Shown: positions 1 to 10,688, counted from the first letter of the stretch. The stretch is DNA of 32,000 bases from a cyanobacterium endosymbiont of Braarudosphaera bigelowii (GCF_020885515.1 NZ_AP024987.1:570001-602000), one strand, 5' to 3'. Numbers and translations are program-made. Notes: generated by a model not told the origin, from the sequence alone.

Positions 1-14
1 TATATATTTAAAAA

Positions 15-95
15 TATCTTATGATTAGATACTATCTTACAGCTCAATTCTACATAGTAGAATTAAGCTGTAAGATAGTATCTAATCATAAGATA
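15..95. terminator. Long near-perfect hairpin in the spacer upstream of cdsA: 30-bp outer stem (15-44/66-95), one C/A mismatch (45/65), 8-bp inner stem (46-53/57-64), loop ATA
   Basis: tatcttatgattagatactatcttacagct pairs exactly with agctgtaagatagtatctaatcataagata; aattctac pairs with gtagaatt. The function as a terminator is inferred. Confidence 0.6.
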
Positions 96-598
96 AGAAG
101 TTATTATCTTAGATTCCGAAAATATTTTAGGTTTACACTTACAAAGCAATAAACTCAATATACCAATAGTAACTAGAAAATTTTGCGATAAGAATACTCG
201 ACGAACAACTAAATAAGTAAGAATATTATGTTTGAAAAAATATTATTTAATACTTTTACTGCTAATTTTTAATTTCACCTAAAATAAAATGTCATTATAT
301 AAATTATAGATTTGTAAACTATAATTAAAGTCTAAATTAGTTTATTTGAATAGCTATTTTTTAGTATTAAATAGAATTAAGACGTTTTAATCAATGTCAT
401 AAATATTATTATTCATGATATAAAGCAGCTATACTTGTATCGTTATTTTTGGTAATAAAAAAAACATGACATTTTATATTCTTAATTAAGAAATTAAGCT
501 TATAGAAATTCCATACATTTTATACAACAAAATGAGGAAAAAGCTAAAAATATGAACTTTCTTTGTTCTCTCCTCCCACCCTATTTAAATATTAGCCT

Positions 599-1486
599 AT
601 GCCCTGGACTAGAACTATAACAACTATTATTGGTATCTTTTTTGCTTTAGGAATATTGATTATCGGCAAATGGCTTTTTACCATTGGACTATGTGTGATA
701 GTTTTTTTAGGACAATTAGAATATTTTCAGTTAGTCAAAGCTAAAGGAATTGTTCCTGCTACTAAAACAACTCTAATAGTATCTCAGATACTATTGATCG
801 CAGCAGCTATTGCTCCACATTTTACAGATGCTTTGTTTACTTTAGCAGGTACATTGATTTGTTTTTATCTTCTCTTTCAATCTAAATTAGCTAGTATAGC
901 CGATATATCTACTTCTATCCTAGGCTTATTCTATGGAGGATACTTACCTAGTTATTGGTTAAGATTAAGAGTCGGTTTTGACAGCACTATTACAAATATT
1001 AATATTGCAAATAATGATTTATTTGTTCAAAAATATTTACCTAATCTATGGACAAAATCTCAATTTTTTTCTCCTGCATTGAATATTACTTGTCTAGCCT
1101 TTAGCTGTATTTGGGCTGCTGATATTGGAGCATATATTATGGGTAAATCATTTGGTAAAACTCGTTTATCCAATATAAGTCCTAAAAAAACTGTTGAAGG
1201 CGCAATAGCTGGACTAATAGGAAGTATCATAGTTGCAGAAATTGGTTCTTGGTATTTAGGATGGCCTTATTGTTATTTAACTGGTATGGTTTTAGGAGTT
1301 CTAATTGGAATTGTAAGTCTTCTAGGAGATTTAACTGAGTCTATGATGAAGAGAGATGCAGGTGTAAAAGATTCAGGTAAGTTGATTCCTGGTCATGGTG
1401 GAATTTTAGATAGGACAGACAGTTATGTTTTTACAGCTCCTCTAGTCTATTATTTCGTAACATTGTTTTTACCACTCTTACAATAA
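599..1486 (+). CDS. cdsA: Phosphatidate cytidylyltransferase (CDP-diglyceride synthase)
   Basis: Multi-spanning membrane protein of 295 aa with the C-terminal CdsA signature (GDLTESMMKRDAGVKDSGKLIPGHGGILDRTDS). Confidence 0.95.
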   Translation: MPWTRTITTIIGIFFALGILIIGKWLFTIGLCVIVFLGQLEYFQLVKAKGIVPATKTTLIVSQILLIAAAIAPHFTDALFTLAGTLICFYLLFQSKLASIADISTSILGLFYGGYLPSYWLRLRVGFDSTITNINIANNDLFVQKYLPNLWTKSQFFSPALNITCLAFSCIWAADIGAYIMGKSFGKTRLSNISPKKTVEGAIAGLIGSIIVAEIGSWYLGWPYCYLTGMVLGVLIGIVSLLGDLTESMMKRDAGVKDSGKLIPGHGGILDRTDSYVFTAPLVYYFVTLFLPLLQ

Positions 1487-1569
1487 GGAGTTTAACTATA
1501 TATAAACAATTTTAATTTTATTTAATATAATAATCTTGTCTGAGATCTACAATTATTCAGTTAAAAAAT

Positions 1570-1833
1570 ATGAAATTAAATTTTATAAAGTGGTTAAATT
1601 ATTTATTAGTAGCAAATATTTTTTTAATTTTTTTAGGATTTTTCTGGTTTTTAATAGCTTTAATTGGTCATTACTTCAATCTGCCCTTAGGCTTAAAATT
1701 ATGGTACAAATTATGGACAATATTATTTCAACCAGCCATTAGTATTTTATTTATTAGTGTTTTTGTTAACTGGTTAATTCAAAAAATTTTTATGAGTTTG
1801 AATACCATATCATCTAAAGAAAGCAAACAATAA
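1570..1833 (+). CDS. Small hydrophobic protein of unknown function, 87 aa, likely cyanobacterial membrane protein
   Basis: ORF with two hydrophobic segments, codirectional and close to cdsA; preferred over the overlapping ORF 1536..1742. Confidence 0.6.
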   Translation: MKLNFIKWLNYLLVANIFLIFLGFFWFLIALIGHYFNLPLGLKLWYKLWTILFQPAISILFISVFVNWLIQKIFMSLNTISSKESKQ

Positions 1834-2059
1834 ACATAAATTATTTGTAATAGAAAATTACTTATTATAGGCCAATAATAATCTAAACAACATCTTATCT
1901 GTATTTATGCAACTAGTCTAGCAAGATTAAATCGCAAATATTTGTATAAAGTAATATGAATAATTAAGGTAAACTATATTGTATGAACATTATTTAATAA
2001 CAATCAAATAGATTATTTAATGTTGTTGCCATAATAGCTTACGCAAAACTACTATCATT

Positions 2060-2746
2060 ATGAATCAATCTAATAAACCTATTGTTATTTCTCCCTCCAT
2101 TCTCTCAGCTAACTTTAGTTGTTTACGAGAAGAAATTGAATTGGTTGACAAGGCAGGAGCAGACTGGATACATATCGATGTTATGGATGGCCGCTTTGTA
2201 CCAAATATAACTATTGGCCCGCTAGTGGTTGAAGCAATTCGTCCCTATACTAAAAAACCATTAGATGTTCACTTAATGATTGTAGAGCCTGAAAAATATA
2301 TTACTGATTTTGCAAAAGCGGGAGCCGACATAATCTCTATACATGCGGAAAATAATGCATCTCTTCATTTACATCGAACTCTTGGACAAATCAAAGAATT
2401 AGGTAAAAAAGCTGGAGTTGTTCTTAACCCTGCAACTTCTCTAGCATCTATTGAACATGTTTTAGAAATATGTGATTTGATCTTGATAATGAGTGTTAAT
2501 CCTGGTTTTGGAGGACAAAAATTCATTCCTTCAATGGTAGACAAAGTTCATCAATTACGTCAAATGTGTGAGGAAAAGAGATTAACTCCTTGGATTCAAG
2601 TAGATGGTGGATTAAAATCAGAAAATACTTGGAAAGTTATAGAAGCAGGCGCCAATGCTATTGTAGCTGGATCTGCCATATTTAAATCCGCAGATTATGC
2701 AGAAGCTATTAAAGGAATCCGCGAAAGCAAATCTTCTATAAAATAA
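2060..2746 (+). CDS. rpe: Ribulose-phosphate 3-epimerase
   Basis: [45 protein letters not shown] and QVDGGLK motifs. Confidence 0.97.
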   Translation: MNQSNKPIVISPSILSANFSCLREEIELVDKAGADWIHIDVMDGRFVPNITIGPLVVEAIRPYTKKPLDVHLMIVEPEKYITDFAKAGADIISIHAENNASLHLHRTLGQIKELGKKAGVVLNPATSLASIEHVLEICDLILIMSVNPGFGGQKFIPSMVDKVHQLRQMCEEKRLTPWIQVDGGLKSENTWKVIEAGANAIVAGSAIFKSADYAEAIKGIRESKSSIK

Positions 2747-2863
2747 AAACAAGTTAATAATTGTTCACACTTATAGTAAATTATTGGCAATAGTTCTTAT
2801 TAAATTACTAAAAATACTATATATAAGATAATTAAATCATTATCCTAGTATAATTACTTACTT

Positions 2864-2957
2864 TTAAAATAGACTGAATTAAAAAAATTACTTAACTTTA
2901 GTCTCTAAATATAATTTAGGGCATAAGATACTATGCCCCTACTATAGTCTATTTTAA
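2864..2957. terminator. Nested inverted repeats between convergent genes: outer 12-bp arms 2864-2875/2946-2957, inner 7-bp hairpin 2919-2925/2932-2938
   Basis: ttaaaatagact/agtctattttaa and gggcata-agatac-tatgccc. Lies between the 3' ends of rpe and the minus-strand gene ending at 2958. Confidence 0.55.
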
Positions 2958-3461
2958 TTAATCAAAATAGAAGAGTGTTACTAGTTTTCTCTGTTCCTCT
3001 GCTTCTTCACAGGTTTGTAGTAGGGTATGACTATCATGAAAAGCAAAGCAAATAAGTTGCTGACATCGAGATATTATTTCTCGATTACATAAAGCACTGG
3101 CTTCTCCTAAAGACAAACTGTCATTATCAGGATTTTCTACTAAATGAATTACTCTTTCTAACTGTTTTTTTGATTCCCTAGGCTGCTTATTTAAACTTTG
3201 GGGCAAAATTACAGTAAGAAGACTTGGATCTGCTCTCATTGCTCCTTTAATAGCAGCTGCATTAGTTCCCGTAGCTCCTGATGTCATTAAACGATTTCCG
3301 CCCAATACTAGAGCGTAACTCATCATTTCAATTAATTGCTGATGAGTAATAGGTACATGGCGAGAACCTAATAAAGCAATTCTCTTAGAACCTGTTTGCT
3401 GTATTGCAGCAAGTTCTTGCGCCAAAGTATCTAAGGTAAGAATATCAAGTGATTGACTCAA
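2958..3461 (-). CDS. DprA/LOG-like Rossmann-fold protein, cyanobacterial 'DNA recombination-mediator protein A' type
   Basis: 167 aa; KRIALLGSRHVP and MTSGATGTNAAAIKGA resemble the DprA/LOG nucleotide-binding fold. Confidence 0.7.
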   Translation of the reverse strand: MSQSLDILTLDTLAQELAAIQQTGSKRIALLGSRHVPITHQQLIEMMSYALVLGGNRLMTSGATGTNAAAIKGAMRADPSLLTVILPQSLNKQPRESKKQLERVIHLVENPDNDSLSLGEASALCNREIISRCQQLICFAFHDSHTLLQTCEEAEEQRKLVTLFYFD

Positions 3462-3594
3462 AGATCCTCTTCTATATTAAATAAACGTACGCCATCTTAA
3501 CAAAAGTTTCTTGATTGTGGTACAGACTTTACAGTTTTTCTTAATCTAATTTTTTACTAGTTAAGTTAAAACGTAGAAAAATATGATTTAAGAT

Positions 3595-3855
3595 CTAAAA
3601 AGATAAGTATTTTTTTAGATTTTTTTCTAACTGTACTACAGATATACGAGGGGAGAAGCGAGGAATAATTCTTTCTCCTTGAGGTAATTTTTGATATAAA
3701 ACAGGAATCTCAAGTTGAAATATTTCGAACCATTCTTCAGAGGTAGTGATATCTCTTATCTCTAATTCAAATTTTAAGTCTTGCATCTGTTTTAACTTTT
3801 TTTGTAATCCTTCGCATAGATGACAACCTGGTTTTGTATATAAAATAAGATGCAT
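3595..3855 (-). CDS. Glutaredoxin-like / thiol-disulfide oxidoreductase family protein
   Basis: MHLILYTKPGCHLCEGLQKKL...IPVLY; CxxC motif. The internal ATG at 3855 is preferred to the track start at 3954, which would overlap the ABC ATPase and adds non-thioredoxin-like sequence. Confidence 0.8.
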   Translation of the reverse strand: MHLILYTKPGCHLCEGLQKKLKQMQDLKFELEIRDITTSEEWFEIFQLEIPVLYQKLPQGERIIPRFSPRISVVQLEKNLKKYLSF

Positions 3856-3871
3856 AATTAATTCCTGTAAT

Positions 3872-4972
3872 TCATATGGACAATAAAGAAAATTCTTTTC
3901 TTTTATGCATTTTAAAAGGAACTGCTGGAAATACTTGAGGAGATTGAGGAACAATAATTAGTTGAACTCTTGTACCAATAGGTAATTGAGTTTGTAACGT
4001 CGTTCTTGCATTAATTTGGCAGCCAGAAGGAGTCTTAAGACAATAACAATATTCTCTCCCTAAAAATTGGCGATCACAAATTACAATTTCACCTGTATCA
4101 TCTGGCTGTAAAGTAATATCTTCTTGTCTAACCATTAAATCTCCTTCAGGAATGTTTTCAAAAGTTGAAGGAGCCTCCCATTGACCTATTTCTGTTGTCC
4201 AAAGCCTTCCTTTTCGTTTGGCAGGAATAAAATTAGCTTGAGTAACAAACTCTGCAACAAAGCGTGATGAAGGATGTGTATAAACTTCTTCAGGAGTTCC
4301 AAACTGTTCAATTTTTCCATAGGACATAACCCCTATTTTATCAGATATTGCTAAAGCCTCTTCTTGATCATGAGTAACAAAAATTGCTGTAATACCTGTT
4401 CCTTTTAAGACATGACGAATCTCATGTCTTAATTGCAAACGGACTTGTACATCAAGGTTGCTTAATGGTTCGTCTAATAAGATTAATGCAGGCTTAGGAG
4501 CTAGAGCTCTAGCTAAAGCTATCCTTTGTTGCTGTCCGCCGGAGAGTTGATGTGGATATCGCTTTTCAAGCCCTTCTAATCCAACTAAGGCTAAAGACTC
4601 ACCAACACGTTGCTTTACTTTATTTCTACTTAAGTTTTTCTTTTTTAAGCCAAAAGCAATATTGCTAGCAATATTTAAATGAGGAAATAGTGCATAATCT
4701 TGAAAAACCATACCTGTATTTCTATATTCAGGAGGTATTGATTCATAGGGACTAGCTATTATATTCCCAGCTAATTCTATAGTTCCAACAGAAGGTTGCT
4801 CAAATCCTGCAATTACACGCAAAAGAGTAGTTTTTCCGCATCCTGAAGGGCCAAGCAATCCCAGAATTTCTCCTTGCTTCAACTTAAAGCTAACTTGATC
4901 AATAGCTGCCGTTGTATGATTGAGAAACTGTTTAACGATGTGATCAACTTGAAGGATAATAGAATCTGTCAT
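3872..4972 (-). CDS. ABC transporter ATP-binding protein, FbpC/FutC (ferric iron)-like
   Basis: Walker A GPSGCGKTT, signature LSGGQQQR, Walker B ALILLDEPLSNLD and a C-terminal TOBE-like region. Iron substrate is inferred from overall resemblance. Confidence 0.88.
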   Translation of the reverse strand: MTDSIILQVDHIVKQFLNHTTAAIDQVSFKLKQGEILGLLGPSGCGKTTLLRVIAGFEQPSVGTIELAGNIIASPYESIPPEYRNTGMVFQDYALFPHLNIASNIAFGLKKKNLSRNKVKQRVGESLALVGLEGLEKRYPHQLSGGQQQRIALARALAPKPALILLDEPLSNLDVQVRLQLRHEIRHVLKGTGITAIFVTHDQEEALAISDKIGVMSYGKIEQFGTPEEVYTHPSSRFVAEFVTQANFIPAKRKGRLWTTEIGQWEAPSTFENIPEGDLMVRQEDITLQPDDTGEIVICDRQFLGREYCYCLKTPSGCQINARTTLQTQLPIGTRVQLIIVPQSPQVFPAVPFKMHKRKEFSLLSI

Positions 4973-5207
4973 AACTAAGGGGCTTTAATGATAAGTTAGA
5001 AATTTTTAGTTGGAAATTATAAGTTTAGGTTTCAAAGGTAAATGAGAGAAGCCCTGATAAAGATTTCTTGTTTTTAGAGGATTCTTTAAGTTATCTTCAT
5101 AAGTATCCAACTAGGACTAATTTTCAATAAGTACCCTTAACCTGTTACATAATAACATTTCTCCAATTTTTTAAATAAAAAATTCGTAAGAATGAATAAT
5201 ATTTAGC

Positions 5208-5936
5208 TTGAAGCTTATGTATAAAGAAAATAATTTTTTAGATTGCTGGTTTGATCTGCTCCTAGTGCCACAAGGGGCAGAATATCAAGCAGTTCTTAAA
5301 GGGATTAGTAAAAGTTCTAGTAAGGTAAAACTTAAGTCCGTTCCTGCAGGAGTTAAGGCTATTACCAAATTCTTAGAAGAATGGGAACAAAATTCCTATT
5401 TTCTCAAAGAATTACCCCAAACTGTCATGATGATAGGTTTGGGCGGAAGTCTATCTCCTAAGAATTCAATCGGAGACATAGTGGTATATAAAGAATGTAC
5501 TTCACTACAATCTCAACTAAATGAATATAAGCAATGTGATATTTTTTTAAGTCAGTTAGTACTTAAAAAGTTAAAAGATAAGTGTATTCTAGGTAGAGGA
5601 ATAACGAATCATTATGTTATATCTTCGGCAAAAGAAAAACAAACTTTAGGTAAAATATATAAAGCTGATGTAATTGATATGGAGGGGCTAGCTTTATTAA
5701 ACTGGGGTCGAAAATGGAATATTTCAGTTATTATTATCAGAATTATTAGTGACAGTTGTCAGCAGGATATGCCAGATTTACGCAATGTTTTTGATATTGA
5801 TGGTAACCTAAAATATTTTCACTTAGCCATTCAAATGATTAAAAAACCATTATTGTCTATTGATCTTATATGTAGTTCTCTGAAAAGTTTAAACGTCTTA
5901 AGAAAATCTATAAAACAGTTAATGTTCTGTTTATAA
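5208..5936 (+). CDS. Nucleoside phosphorylase / MTA-SAH nucleosidase-like protein
   Basis: MIGLGGSLSPKNSIGDIVVYKE and ADVIDMEGLALLNWGRKWNISVIIIRIISD resemble PNP_UDP_1 family motifs. Confidence 0.65.
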   Translation: MKLMYKENNFLDCWFDLLLVPQGAEYQAVLKGISKSSSKVKLKSVPAGVKAITKFLEEWEQNSYFLKELPQTVMMIGLGGSLSPKNSIGDIVVYKECTSLQSQLNEYKQCDIFLSQLVLKKLKDKCILGRGITNHYVISSAKEKQTLGKIYKADVIDMEGLALLNWGRKWNISVIIIRIISDSCQQDMPDLRNVFDIDGNLKYFHLAIQMIKKPLLSIDLICSSLKSLNVLRKSIKQLMFCL

Positions 5937-5985
5937 TAAAAAGTAATATTTCAATAACACTTTTCAGAAGATACTAACTATATAA

Positions 5986-6021
5986 AGTAGTAAGTAATAA
6001 GTAATCTTACTACTTACTACT
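5986..6021. terminator. Hairpin between convergent genes: 15-bp stem (5986-6000/6007-6021) with one mismatch, loop gtaatc
   Basis: agtagtaagtaataa versus ttactacttactact. Confidence 0.6.
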
Positions 6022-6035
6022 CATTTAACGTTTCT

Positions 6036-6485
6036 TTAAATATCCCCTCTTATTTCCTCAATTACACCATCACGGATAACAATTTCTATATTGAGTTTTT
6101 GAATTAAGTTATCTCCTTTTTTAGCTTGAAAAAAATTTTCTATTTGTCCTTGAACTACTTCTTGGTCTAATTCAACAACTTGAACTTGTTGAATTTGCTG
6201 CAAAAATTGATTTTTTTGTTCTAATATCTCACTTTTCTTATGATTAGCTTGAAGGTTTATATTATCAATTTGTTGAGTAACTTGAGAACTAGAAGAAGAA
6301 GCATTTTGCTTTTTAAGTTCAGAAATTGCTCTTTTTTCTTGCATTTCTATCTGTTGTATTTGATTGTCAAGCTGATTAATCTGTGATTGTAATTGCTGTT
6401 GCATTTCTTCTTTCCAACGAGCAGTTACTATTACTTTAAGATTAACTGGTCTTTTAAGTAGTAAGCTAGTGTTTATTTCGTCCAT
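6036..6485 (-). CDS. YlqD-family protein of unknown function
   Basis: 149 aa: N-terminal LLLKRPVNLKVIVTARWKEEMQQQLQ, Gln-rich coiled middle and IEIVIRDGVIEEIRG C-terminus. Confidence 0.7.
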   Translation of the reverse strand: MDEINTSLLLKRPVNLKVIVTARWKEEMQQQLQSQINQLDNQIQQIEMQEKRAISELKKQNASSSSSQVTQQIDNINLQANHKKSEILEQKNQFLQQIQQVQVVELDQEVVQGQIENFFQAKKGDNLIQKLNIEIVIRDGVIEEIRGDI

Positions 6486-6534
6486 AAGTTTTATTAGTTT
6501 TTATTTTTAATGTTCTATATTTAGAAACAAATTA

Positions 6535-8451
6535 TTAAGAATTAAACATTTTATCAATAATAACCTGATAATGTTTCATAATAACAAGGCGTTTCATCTT
6601 TAATGTTTGAGTCATCATACTATTTTCAATAGAAAACGGTTCTAAGATAAAATCAAAAATTTTTATCAGATCATCGGAACGATAACCTGGGCGATTTTGC
6701 ACTTCTTTTTTCAATTCTTTGCGATATAAATCTTGAACTGTTTGTGAATAAAGATCATGATTATGTAGAAGAATTTCTGAATCGTTTTGTGATGGTATAT
6801 TCAAATGCAAGTTCTGACTTTCTACCCAAAACCTTAGCATGTCTAAGTTGGGAACTATTAAAGCTCCTAACATTTTTTGATCTTGCCCGACCAACATAAT
6901 TTGATCGATGTATACACTTCTTAAACAAGCATCTTCAATTGGTTGAGGTTCAATATTTTCTCCATTACTTAAAACAATAGTATCTTTAATTCTGCCAGTG
7001 ATTACAAGATCATTCATAGGAGTCAACCAGCCTAAATCTCCACTATCAAACCATCCCTGAGGATCTTTAACTTTATCCGTTTCCTCCGCTTTTTTATAGT
7101 ATCCTTGCATAACTTGTGGTCCTCTGATGAGTACCAATCCACACTTTCCTTTGGGTAAGGCTTGCCTAGTATCAGGATCTACAATACTAATTTCTGTTCC
7201 AGGAATTGGTTGCCCTGTCGTTCCTCTTAAATTATGCTTATGAGTACGTGCATTTGTAACAGGGGAAGTCTCTGTGAGACCATATCCTACTAGTATAGGA
7301 ATATCAATAATCTCATAAAAATCATCTAAATGTTTTGCGAGAGATCCTCCTCCACTAATAAGTGTTTTAAAATTACCTCCTAGATTGTCTTGAATTTTAC
7401 GATAAACTAACTTATTGGCTATTTTGTGTATAGGGTAAAGAGCAATAAATTTCATACAGGCTATCGTTCTTTTTTGAAAAGAAGGTTTTAAATCTTCTAG
7501 ACTAAGGCAATTAAAAATACGTCTATATGAAATAAATTTTAGAGAAGTTTCAAAAAAATATTTTATTATTCTTTTTTGTATAGCACTTTGTTCTCTAAAC
7601 TGTTTTTGTATAGCTTCATATAAAGATTCCCAAAGACGAGGAACACCAACCATATGGTGTGGTTTAAATTTCTTTAAATCACTTTTAAAATTACGAATAT
7701 TTGTATATATTAAGGTGCATCCTTGAGAAAGTAAAAAATATTCTGCACTGCGTTCATAAGAATGCCAAGATGGCAATATACTGAGAATACGATCACCCGG
7801 TTCAGGCTTAATTATAGTATCTAAATTTCTAACTTGATGAAGTATATTGCCATGAGATAACATAGCACCTTTTGGTTTTCCTGTTGTTCCTGATGTGTAA
7901 ATTAAAGTAGCTAGATCCGTATCTTTTTTAAGAGTAGGTCTTAGGTCAAAGTTTTTACCAAGTTCCATGAGCTCAGTAAAATTTAAAACCTTTACAGGAA
8001 TTGTTACATCATCCTTCTCATCACTTAATAAAATAATCAAACGTAAATTAAGTTGATTTGAAAAAGAATATAACTTTTCTAAAGTTTTTATATTTTCTAC
8101 GATAAGTATACTACTATCACTATCTTGAAGGATATGAATTAACTCATTTGGATCTGATTGAGAAGATCTCACTGAATTTGATGCCCCTGCAAGCATTAAA
8201 CCTTGATCAGCTATGAACCAGCGAGGACTATTATCAGCAATTAAACAAATCTTTTCATTTTCTAAAATTCCTAATGATTGAAGCCCAGACGCAAAAATTT
8301 TTAACTGTTCATATAGTTGAGAAAAAGTGAGTTTAACTTCTGGTTTGCTATGAGGATCATAAAGTGCAATGATATCAGCAAATTTTGTAGCTGTAATTGC
8401 CCATATTTCCGATAAAGCTTGTAAATTACGATATTCGCGAATAGTTGTCAT
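6535..8451 (-). CDS. aas: Long-chain fatty-acid--CoA/ACP ligase (AMP-binding; cyanobacterial Aas-like)
   Basis: LATLIYTSGTTGKPKGAMLSHGN, VGYGLTETSP and GWFDSGDLGWL motifs of the adenylate-forming family. Confidence 0.9.
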   Translation of the reverse strand: MTTIREYRNLQALSEIWAITATKFADIIALYDPHSKPEVKLTFSQLYEQLKIFASGLQSLGILENEKICLIADNSPRWFIADQGLMLAGASNSVRSSQSDPNELIHILQDSDSSILIVENIKTLEKLYSFSNQLNLRLIILLSDEKDDVTIPVKVLNFTELMELGKNFDLRPTLKKDTDLATLIYTSGTTGKPKGAMLSHGNILHQVRNLDTIIKPEPGDRILSILPSWHSYERSAEYFLLSQGCTLIYTNIRNFKSDLKKFKPHHMVGVPRLWESLYEAIQKQFREQSAIQKRIIKYFFETSLKFISYRRIFNCLSLEDLKPSFQKRTIACMKFIALYPIHKIANKLVYRKIQDNLGGNFKTLISGGGSLAKHLDDFYEIIDIPILVGYGLTETSPVTNARTHKHNLRGTTGQPIPGTEISIVDPDTRQALPKGKCGLVLIRGPQVMQGYYKKAEETDKVKDPQGWFDSGDLGWLTPMNDLVITGRIKDTIVLSNGENIEPQPIEDACLRSVYIDQIMLVGQDQKMLGALIVPNLDMLRFWVESQNLHLNIPSQNDSEILLHNHDLYSQTVQDLYRKELKKEVQNRPGYRSDDLIKIFDFILEPFSIENSMMTQTLKMKRLVIMKHYQVIIDKMFNS

Positions 8452-9274
8452 AGAATCTACTTTAATAACTTTTTATCCTATTACATTAAGCTAACTAATA
8501 ATAAAATAAATAGTCAAAATTTTCTTTTTTTAGAGTCAATAGTAACATTTTAATATTAATGATTATTGATTTTTTTAAATACTTTTGTATTTTTTAAAAA
8601 GATTAGTATTAATTGCCCTTGAATTAAATCTAATAAAATTAGGAGTTAAAATAATACTTACTATCTTAGCCTTTTATTCCAGAGTAATTTCAATAATTTT
8701 ATAAATTTATTGTAGGTACTCTTATATCGATTTAACTCTTTTGTTATTGAAATATATTCTGTTAGAGATATACATTCAACTTGACTATCAAAATACAAAA
8801 ATAGATAGTAAGAAATATGCAAAGATTACTAGTGATTTAAGAATTATTAACCTATAACTTATACTCAATTTCTACTTTATGTTAGCTAAGAATCAACGAT
8901 ACTATTATATTTAGAAGGATGCGGCGTTATTAGAATAACTGTATTAAGAGATAAGTATCTGAACAATGCTAATAAAAGAATAATTCATGTGTTCTAAATA
9001 ATTACTTTTCCTCTATCTAATAGCTTTTTCTTAATATGTAAATAAACTAAAAGAATCTTTTCAAAGAAGTATAAATAACAAAATTTTAGGTTTAATTACT
9101 AAACTTATTAGAAGCTAAAAATAGCTAAGAAAATTAGATTTGGTATTTTCATAACTTTTAACTCTTTTTTAATTTTTCTAACACAGCAATAATCAAATAA
9201 CTCTAAATAGTTTGTCTAAAGCAGAAAAATTGGGTAGTTGACTTTAACTGTAAAACAATTCATTTTCTATATTT

Positions 9275-10051
9275 TTACTGTAGAGATTCTTTTTGTAAAT
9301 TTCGAGCTTTAAAGAAAGTTTCCAAACTATGAGCATCACCAATATAACGCCAATGCCAAGGCTCATAACTAATATTTTGAATATTATTCGGTGGAAAAGA
9401 TAGCTCAAAATTATATTTAGCTGCATTTTTTCTTAGCCACTGAAAAAGAGGAGTATCTTCAAATTCCACATTTAAATGTGTTGAAGGAAAGTCACTGTCT
9501 CCAATATCAATTGCATATCCTGTATGGTGTTCGCTATATTGAGGAGGAGCGCTAACTTCAGCTCTTTTTCTTGTCTCCTCATTTTGCTGACGCTTTACTT
9601 CAAAAAATAAATATTCTTGCTGACTAAAAGTTCTAAATCCAGATATTGGAATTAAAGTAAAACCGTTCCTTTTCGCATCTTGTTGCATTCGCAAGAAACT
9701 TTTAGCTGCTTTTTTTCTTAATTTAATACGCCCATCGTTAGTGACTGAATTTAACTCACTTAAAGAGGCTTCAGTATAAGATAAATGACCGAGAACATTT
9801 TCAATCTTACTAGTAATTAAATTTGGCGAAGGAGTAGTTTTAGTTATTGAATTAGAAGAAAAAGACGGTTTCTGCGATGCTGAGAAAAAGATTCGTATTA
9901 TCAAAAAAATACTAAAGCCAAAAACTCCAAAACTAACTAGCCCTATTACAGTGAAATTAGTTCTTTGTGATATAGTAAGTTTATGGTTAGGAGCATCCCT
10001 CGATGCTTCAGGTATATCTAAGGGCATTCCTTGTTTTTGTTTTCCCTTCAT
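9275..10051 (-). CDS. VanY-type D-alanyl-D-alanine carboxypeptidase, N-terminally membrane anchored
   Basis: N-terminal TM segment; SGFRTFSQQEYLF, EHHTGYAIDIGD and EPWHWRYIG motifs. Start codon uncertain. Confidence 0.88.
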   Translation of the reverse strand: MKGKQKQGMPLDIPEASRDAPNHKLTISQRTNFTVIGLVSFGVFGFSIFLIIRIFFSASQKPSFSSNSITKTTPSPNLITSKIENVLGHLSYTEASLSELNSVTNDGRIKLRKKAAKSFLRMQQDAKRNGFTLIPISGFRTFSQQEYLFFEVKRQQNEETRKRAEVSAPPQYSEHHTGYAIDIGDSDFPSTHLNVEFEDTPLFQWLRKNAAKYNFELSFPPNNIQNISYEPWHWRYIGDAHSLETFFKARNLQKESLQ

Positions 10052-10688
10052 TGATTGATGGTTAATAGTATGTTTTGTTTAATTTTTACTTATATTCTAG
10101 AGAGAAATATAAAGTTAACAATCATTTCGATCATAAGCTACTAAAATAAGCTTTCTTATTTATAACTGATTTTTTATGATTACTAATTCCTTGATCTTAC
10201 CTCAGAAAAATTGATCCATACGAAAGTTATTACTTAAATAGCATTGATTTAGTTGCAAAGAAAGTATAAGTGGCAAATATTAGTAGTATTTAATTTTTTA
10301 TTCATACCTTTTAGAGGCTTTACAATTTATAAATAAAAATTTTGAAGTACTATTTAACTCTCCAAAAAAGCTAAGCAATATTTTATTAATAACAATAATC
10401 AGATAGTGAATATAGTATCAAATTGCTATCATATGATAACTTTTAAACTGATAATAGCTATCTATCAACATTACCATTATCTAATTCTTATATCTATATG
10501 TGGTCAGAATATAAACAATTTTATTTGGTATTTTTTGTATTCTTAAATTATTTTAGATAATACTTTATAGTATCATTGTTTTTGATTTTACTTTAGATTT
10601 AAATCATTATTTTTAGCTCATTACAGTTTATAAAAATTAGTTTTAAAATCGAAATATAATTAACAATTGATTAAATTATAGGTTAAAT

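Noticed and set aside
1536-1742. 68-aa plus-strand ORF
   Set aside because: Overlaps 1570..1833 in another frame; lacks coding-like composition relative to the membrane-protein ORF.
9244-9426. 60-aa minus-strand ORF
   Set aside because: Overlaps the 3' part of the VanY-type gene in a different frame; low-complexity hydrophobic translation typical of A+T-rich DNA.
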